Assembly (NCBI GenBank): GCA_963662275.1
Contig: OY759316.1
Location: forward strand, 2,432,001-2,496,000
Length of the DNA stretch: 64,000 nucleotides
Direction of reading: 5' to 3'
Source of the DNA: Candidatus Cloacimonadales bacterium
Lineage (GTDB): Bacteria > Cloacimonadota > Cloacimonadia > Cloacimonadales > DAONDQ01
Both the position numbers and the translations under genes were made by a program. A model generated the notes under the pieces. It was not told where the DNA came from. It ran no database searches and was given only the letters and a program-made list of their open reading frames with translations. This document shows, piece by piece, positions 61,403 through 64,000 of the stretch. Numbering within the stretch: the first letter of the stretch is position 1; every line of letters begins with the position of its first letter.

Positions 61403-64000
61403 TTATTTTACAAGTATTATCTTATGAGTGAAAACACCAACCGATGTTTCCATCTTCACTAAATACATACCATTTGGTGCCTGGTTACTATCTTTGGTTA
61501 TTCCATCCCAATTGACTTGATAGTTTCCTGCTTTTCTGTTTGCACATTCAAGCTGCTTTACCAGTTGTCCTCTGATGTTATAGACCGATAGTCTGATCCT
61601 GTCAGTTTTTGCTACGGAATATCTGATGTTAATGGCATGATTGAAAGGATTCGGATATACACTGATAAGTGACGTATTGATAGGTGGAGCGGGATTATCA
61701 TTGATACCGGTGGGGTCTATGATATATATACCGGTTACAGTTTCACTCGGTTGCCAGCCGTTTCTGAATGAGCGTGCCTTGATGGTATCGCTCTCTGTGA
61801 CAATAATAGGAACATTATAAACGGGTGAACTCTGGGTAGGATTACTGCCATCTCGTGTATAGTGAATGGTATCCTGTCCTGTTGTCGTATTGAGACGGAC
61901 ATATTGGGTAACTCCATACGTTCCGGGGATGGGTGTAAATGTCGGTGTACTTACAGTCAGGCTTGTTGTCACGGATATGGTTTCTGACTGGTCAGATGTT
62001 CCTTCATTATAGACTGCAGTCAGGTAATAATAATAAGTCCCTACGATGATATCTGTATCCTGGTATTGTGTAGGAACCAGCAACGTACTTGGGTTCAGAT
62101 GAGTAAACTCCCCGGTGCTGCCAAATCTCCTGAAAAGATTGTAGCCTAGAAGTGCTCTATTGCTTATCCTGGGAACCTGCCAACTTAGATTCACGGCGTC
62201 CTGGGTTTGAACTGCTGTGAATTGAAATGGCGGATTCAGAATCGTATAGTTTTCAGTGAGCGTAATGCTTGGAAGCCAGTTCTGTTTGAAGGCTTTGGCT
62301 TTCAGTTCTGTACTTGTTGTTACAGATATTGGTGCAGTGTAATGTTGTCCTGGGGATTCGGTCGGCTCACTCCCATCAGTTGTGTAATAGATATCCGCAT
62401 CTTCAATAGGACAAGTGAGAATGATAGTCTGTCCCTGGTTGTAAATCCCACCCGCAGGTAATGCTGTGATAGCTGATATCTGTACCTGGATGTCTGCGGA
62501 AACGATATTGGAAATACCGGACTCTACACCTGGAGGATAGAAAGCTTTTACCCCATACCCATAATTACCCGGTGTATGCAGTGTATCACAGTACGTTACT
62601 GTCTGCGGTGAAAGCATCTCAGTATTCAGCCGACTGAATGTTCCATTGAGACCTAAACGTCTATAAACATTATATCCTATAGCATCGATTCTGATCGAAT
62701 CGGGCGGTGTCCAGGAGAGATGTGCTCTTCCTATCTCAACAGTAAGAATCAGGGTATCTGGAATATACGGATAGTAGGTTTTAAAATGCTTAATAACTGA
62801 CCAGTTACCCCAGCCATTAATATTATGTCCCCTGACTTGCCAGTAATAGACTGTGTTTGTATTTAAAATATTGGAGTGAATCGTGTAGGAAACAGCAGAT
62901 GTGGTATCATCAACAACAGGATTTGTCATTCCGCTGTTTGTTGAAACCTGAACCTGATAAAGAGATGCACCAGTCAGTTGTTGCCAGGACAATGCAGGAG
63001 TTAATGATTGTTGTGTTTGACCGTTGAATGGCAAGGTTGGAGTTGGTATTCCGGGAGGGATTGTTGGTTCTGCTGATCGTCCAACCCAGCCATTACCTCC
63101 TGCCCATAAATACCCATTGCTGTCTATCGCAAGTGAATATATTATGTTTGCTGGATTTATTGGCGACCAAGTTACTCCACTATCAATTGACTTTGACACT
63201 CCGTCAGTAGTAGTTACATAAAGATATCCTGCAGTATTAATTAATATATTTGATTCATAAGTATTTACATTTTGAAATTGGTGAAGCTGTATCCATCCTT
63301 CATTAGGGTTTTTTCTATAGATCCATCCGTTACCATTTAGATAATATAAAATCCCAGATGAAGTAATTGCTAAGCGTCCATATTGCATGCCACCAGGACC
63401 AATATTAATCCAATTCAGACCATCATTTGAAGAACTTAAAACTTGCCCATTACCAGCAGCAGCATACAAAATGCTATCATTCCCTTCACAAAAATCGTAG
63501 ATTTTTACATCCCAATCCGAAAATACTCCTTGCCAGGAACTACCATTATTGGCAGATCTATAAAGCGAAGTGCACAATTGATTACCAGTTGAATTGCATC
63601 CTGCTAAAATACCTCCCCTTGATGTAGAGAAAACCGCAAAAACCGACCTACTATTAAAAGGAGTTGATAAAGGGCTCCATGAATTGCCATTATTAGACGA
63701 TTTCACTAAACCGCCAGTCAATGAAGAGTTATACTCTCGTCCCGCATACGAAGTATTGTTTATTAAACTATGTGATAATGTAAGTATGGGGTTACTTGCA
63801 TCAGAGTATACCATATTCCATGTTTCTCCGAAATGGGATAGTTTATAGATATGCCCATTGTTACTACCAGCAATGATGCTATTATCAGGTAAAGCACATA
63901 ATGAATAAACTTGTCCTCCGTAATTATATCCAGTGGGTATTAACATATCCTGTCCTTTAAGACATATTGGGAAATAAATAACACTGATTATTACCAGTAC
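61403..64000 (-). CDS. Secreted multidomain protein (5' end beyond the window): BNR-type beta-propeller, FnIII-like and chitobiase/Fn3-associated domains, FlgD-Ig/Por-type tail
   Basis: Frame stays open to 64000 (VLVIISVIYFPICLKG, a signal peptide); S.(D/N).G..W repeats; YYWQVRG; IYYTTDGSEP; VYPNPFN tail. Confidence 0.85.
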   Translation of the reverse strand, partial: VLVIISVIYFPICLKGQDMLIPTGYNYGGQVYSLCALPDNSIIAGSNNGHIYKLSHFGETWNMVYSDASNPILTLSHSLINNTSYAGREYNSSLTGGLVKSSNNGNSWSPLSTPFNSRSVFAVFSTSRGGILAGCNSTGNQLCTSLYRSANNGSSWQGVFSDWDVKIYDFCEGNDSILYAAAGNGQVLSSSNDGLNWINIGPGGMQYGRLAITSSGILYYLNGNGWIYRKNPNEGWIQLHQFQNVNTYESNILINTAGYLYVTTTDGVSKSIDSGVTWSPINPANIIYSLAIDSNGYLWAGGNGWVGRSAEPTIPPGIPTPTLPFNGQTQQSLTPALSWQQLTGASLYQVQVSTNSGMTNPVVDDTTSAVSYTIHSNILNTNTVYYWQVRGHNINGWGNWSVIKHFKTYYPYIPDTLILTVEIGRAHLSWTPPDSIRIDAIGYNVYRRLGLNGTFSRLNTEMLSPQTVTYCDTLHTPGNYGYGVKAFYPPGVESGISNIVSADIQVQISAITALPAGGIYNQGQTIILTCPIEDADIYYTTDGSEPTESPGQHYTAPISVTTSTELKAKAFKQNWLPSITLTENYTILNPPFQFTAVQTQDAVNLSWQVPRISNRALLGYNLFRRFGSTGEFTHLNPSTLLVPTQYQDTDIIVGTYYYYLTAVYNEGTSDQSETISVTTSLTVSTPTFTPIPGTYGVTQYVRLNTTTGQDTIHYTRDGSNPTQSSPVYNVPIIVTESDTIKARSFRNGWQPSETVTGIYIIDPTGINDNPAPPINTSLISVYPNPFNHAINIRYSVAKTDRIRLSVYNIRGQLVKQLECANRKAGNYQVNWDGITKDSNQAPNGMYLVKMETSVGVFTHKIILVK

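Noticed and set aside
3917..63848. Numerous short antisense or alternate-frame ORFs in the track (e.g. 3917-4429, 17299-17814, 20469-20915)
   Set aside because: They lie inside well-supported genes and read as shadow frames of Ser/Thr/Gly-rich coding sequence.

Overview
AT-rich bacterial chromosomal window. Gene content suggests an anaerobic FCB-group organism, probably Candidatus Cloacimonadota; this is an inference from many proteins with a YPNPFN...FlgD-Ig/Por-secretion-type C-terminal tail, plus PFOR and rubrerythrin. It holds eight large secreted proteins with that tail (about 40% of the window), a pullulanase, speD-speE, tandem serC paralogs, a maf-amidohydrolase-TMTC-like/GT2 glycosylation cluster, RlmL-like, MlrC, CutC and nifJ. 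There are also two nonsense-interrupted genes, two near-identical 1861-bp IS copies and several families of intergenic repeats. Main signals: (1) both IS copies inserted independently, in the same orientation, exactly 34 nt upstream of a TTGACA -35 box, suggesting a promoter-targeted Mutator-like IS whose transposase start also seems to need a +1 shift at an A7 run; (2) a candidate bacterial TMTC-type protein O-glycosylation system (three GT-C/TPR paralogs, two lipid-phosphate-sugar synthase-like GT2s, a small flippase-like protein); (3) a serC paralog lacking several PLP-contact residues; (4) an unannotated 49-codon structured leader ORF before speD-speE; (5) helically phased 11-bp arrays and a structured dispersed repeat family. 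No rRNA, tRNA or CRISPR array was seen. All family assignments are by motif recognition, not database search.
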